Origin: Tubulanus polymorphus
Lineage: Eukaryota > Animalia > Nemertea
NCBI RefSeq assembly: GCF_964204645.1
Contig: NC_134031.1
Coordinates: 9,610,001 to 9,674,000 of the forward strand
Length of the DNA stretch: 64,000 bases
Direction: 5' to 3'
The translations under genes and the position numbers were made by a program. The notes under the pieces are model-generated. The model was not told the origin of the DNA. It was given only the letters and a program-made list of their open reading frames with translations, and did no database searches. This document shows, piece by piece, positions 61,930 to 64,000 of the stretch (position 1 is the stretch's first letter; the number at the start of each line of letters is the position of its first letter).

Positions 61930-64000
61930 AGTAATAGGGAATAAGTTGTTCTAGATCAAAGGTCGAGAGGTCGAGCTCACTCTCCCTCTCAACCTTTAAT
62001 GTAGAACAGCTTATTCCCTATTACTCCTAATAATTTCATATAAATGAACATTATTTACATGAATTTCCTATATTTTAATATATATAGTTCATATTTTAAC
62101 AGATTTCGAATAAAAATATAAGTAAAATAAATGGATAACTAAAAGAATATAAAAGTGTGAGTAAAGTGTGAGTGAAATAGTTTATATTTTAAACATATTT
62201 CAATATTTATATTTGTATGAGTTAGATTTTCAAACATAAAACGTGTGAGTAAAGTGTGGTTGAAATAATTCATATTTTGACATTGAATATTTATATTTGA
62301 ATGAGTTTTAATGGAAGTTTTGTTATAAAAATGAAGACAGAAGAAGAAGAACCCAAATTCAAAATCGAAATAAAAGAAACCAATAAATTATTTACACAGT
62401 TTAACATTAAAAATTATATCTCAGCAACAAATTTAGTGTCCGCAAGACATTATAAAATTGATAACATAACTATGATTAATCAAATATCATCAAGTGAAAC
62501 ATATTTAATTACTGAACTAGTAGATACTTTTGATAATGGTGTTTAAAATCCTAAAATGTTCAATACAGTTTTAAATTTTAAAGGAACTTTAGATGAAAAC
62601 ATAATAAATATTCTTCAAACTCCTTTCAATGAAAGAAAAAGTGATACAATACTTTCTAAAGATTATAATGATTTGATTAACTTAAGAATTAAAAAAAGAC
62701 AATTATATTATTTCAATTTTGATAATAAACAAATTATCTATAATGAAAATCTTCAAATATTGGTATTCAATGTGAATTAGATAATGAAAAATCATTCAAA
62801 GATGTTGCAGTTCAATGTAATTTAGATGATGAATTTAGAAAATTCAATCCTAATGAAAAAGTGTATTGTTATTGTGGTGGCAAATATTCAAAATCACATA
62901 AATCAAAGCATTATCAGACAATCAAACATATCGAATATGAAAAGAATAATAATTCTATATTAAAATTAGATTAAGCTGTATGACTAATTGGAAAATTTGA
63001 AATATCATAACTCAAAAATAATAATTCAACTCTAAATATTCATATTCAAAATAAGATATTTCAAATTACTTTTAATTTTTTTCTTTAAATAAATGGATGA
63101 TTTCAGCATTCCAATTGGGAAAAGTGATTTGAAGCATTATTTAGTTGCAGGAGGATTAATATTGGCTGCACTTTTCTTTTACTATGAGAACATTTCAAAA
63201 CATAAAAATATAAAAACTGATAATATTCAGCATGAAATAATTAAAACTTATAATGATAATAAATCACATGAAAATACTAAATTAGCTATAACTTGTATAG
63301 GTATTATAATAGGAGGAATATTATATTTCAAATTTTAATTTTCATAAGATATAAATGGATGTAGAAGGTGAAGATATTTCAATGGATACTTTAGATGAAC
63401 CTGGTATAATTGATGAATCACATCCTGATTTTAATGAAACTAATATTGATAATGAAGATGATACAACATATAATTCTAATTTAGCAGATAGTGGTTCAAA
63501 AGATCCATCAACAGACGAGTTTGATAGAAGAACTAAATCGAGAATAAATCCTGAAAATGATAATCCAGATTTAGTAAAACAAAATTTAGAATATAAATAA
63601 TATATTTATCATTTCAGACCTAGATTTGAAGAATCAGGATATAATATAAATGATAGAGGTGCTAGATATTTAGTAAGAGAATTAAAATCTTTAGATGATG
63701 AATATTATTATCATTTAAAAGACGATTATTATATTTATATCTTATAAAAAACAAAATAAAATATTAGCAGAATCAACTTTGAGTAATTTCGAACCATCTA
63801 GTATTAAAAGAAGTAATAGTAATGAAATAGAAAATGTTACCGACGCAGAAATAAAGAGAAATAAAAGATCATTTCATCTAAGAATTGATCGTTTATTTGA
63901 AACAATTAACAATGATTTAGAAACAGAAACAACTTCTAAACAGAATATAACTTCCAAAACTAGTAAACTTAAATCAAGAAGCGTTCAAACTGAAAAAACC
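61930..64000 (+). mobile_element. Partial Polinton starting with a fold-back terminus (61930-62025); hypothetical/Zn-finger genes, TM gene 63093-63338, coiled-coil gene from 63355 running off the window
   Basis: AGTAATAGGGAATAAG...CTTATTCCCTATTACT; 63093 ORF ends like the 12262 ORF; 63355 ORF is homologous to the 12245 ORF. Confidence 0.78.

Overview
AT-rich animal genomic DNA, probably a marine invertebrate such as a mollusc (inferred from repeat types and intron/exon structure). The window is dominated by a cluster of decayed Polinton/Maverick endogenous DNA viruses. One copy has both ends intact: 44050-58488, ~340-bp TIRs, 5'-AG...CT-3' termini, 6-bp TSD TATACG. It encodes a protein-primed PolB, Zn-finger proteins, penton, DJR major capsid protein, integrase-chromodomain, A32-like packaging ATPase and several small membrane proteins. 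The standout observation is a full intein (Hint + LAGLIDADG, 47894-48940) inserted exactly in the catalytic motif C (D|TD, the archaeal/mimivirus Pol-c site) of this PolB. Most of the element's genes also start with TAAATG, often behind a T-tract, resembling poxvirus late promoters. Together these hint at a virophage-like link to a large DNA virus (inference). Further partial Polinton copies lie at about 1-19.5 kb, 41.9-42.5 kb and 58.9-64 kb, several with fold-back termini. Other content: a decayed hAT transposase, Penelope-like elements, a solo LTR, Helentron-type non-autonomous elements, MITEs, and three coding exons of a host LRR receptor gene (glycoprotein-hormone-receptor/LGR-like). All calls come from reading motifs by eye; no database searches were run.
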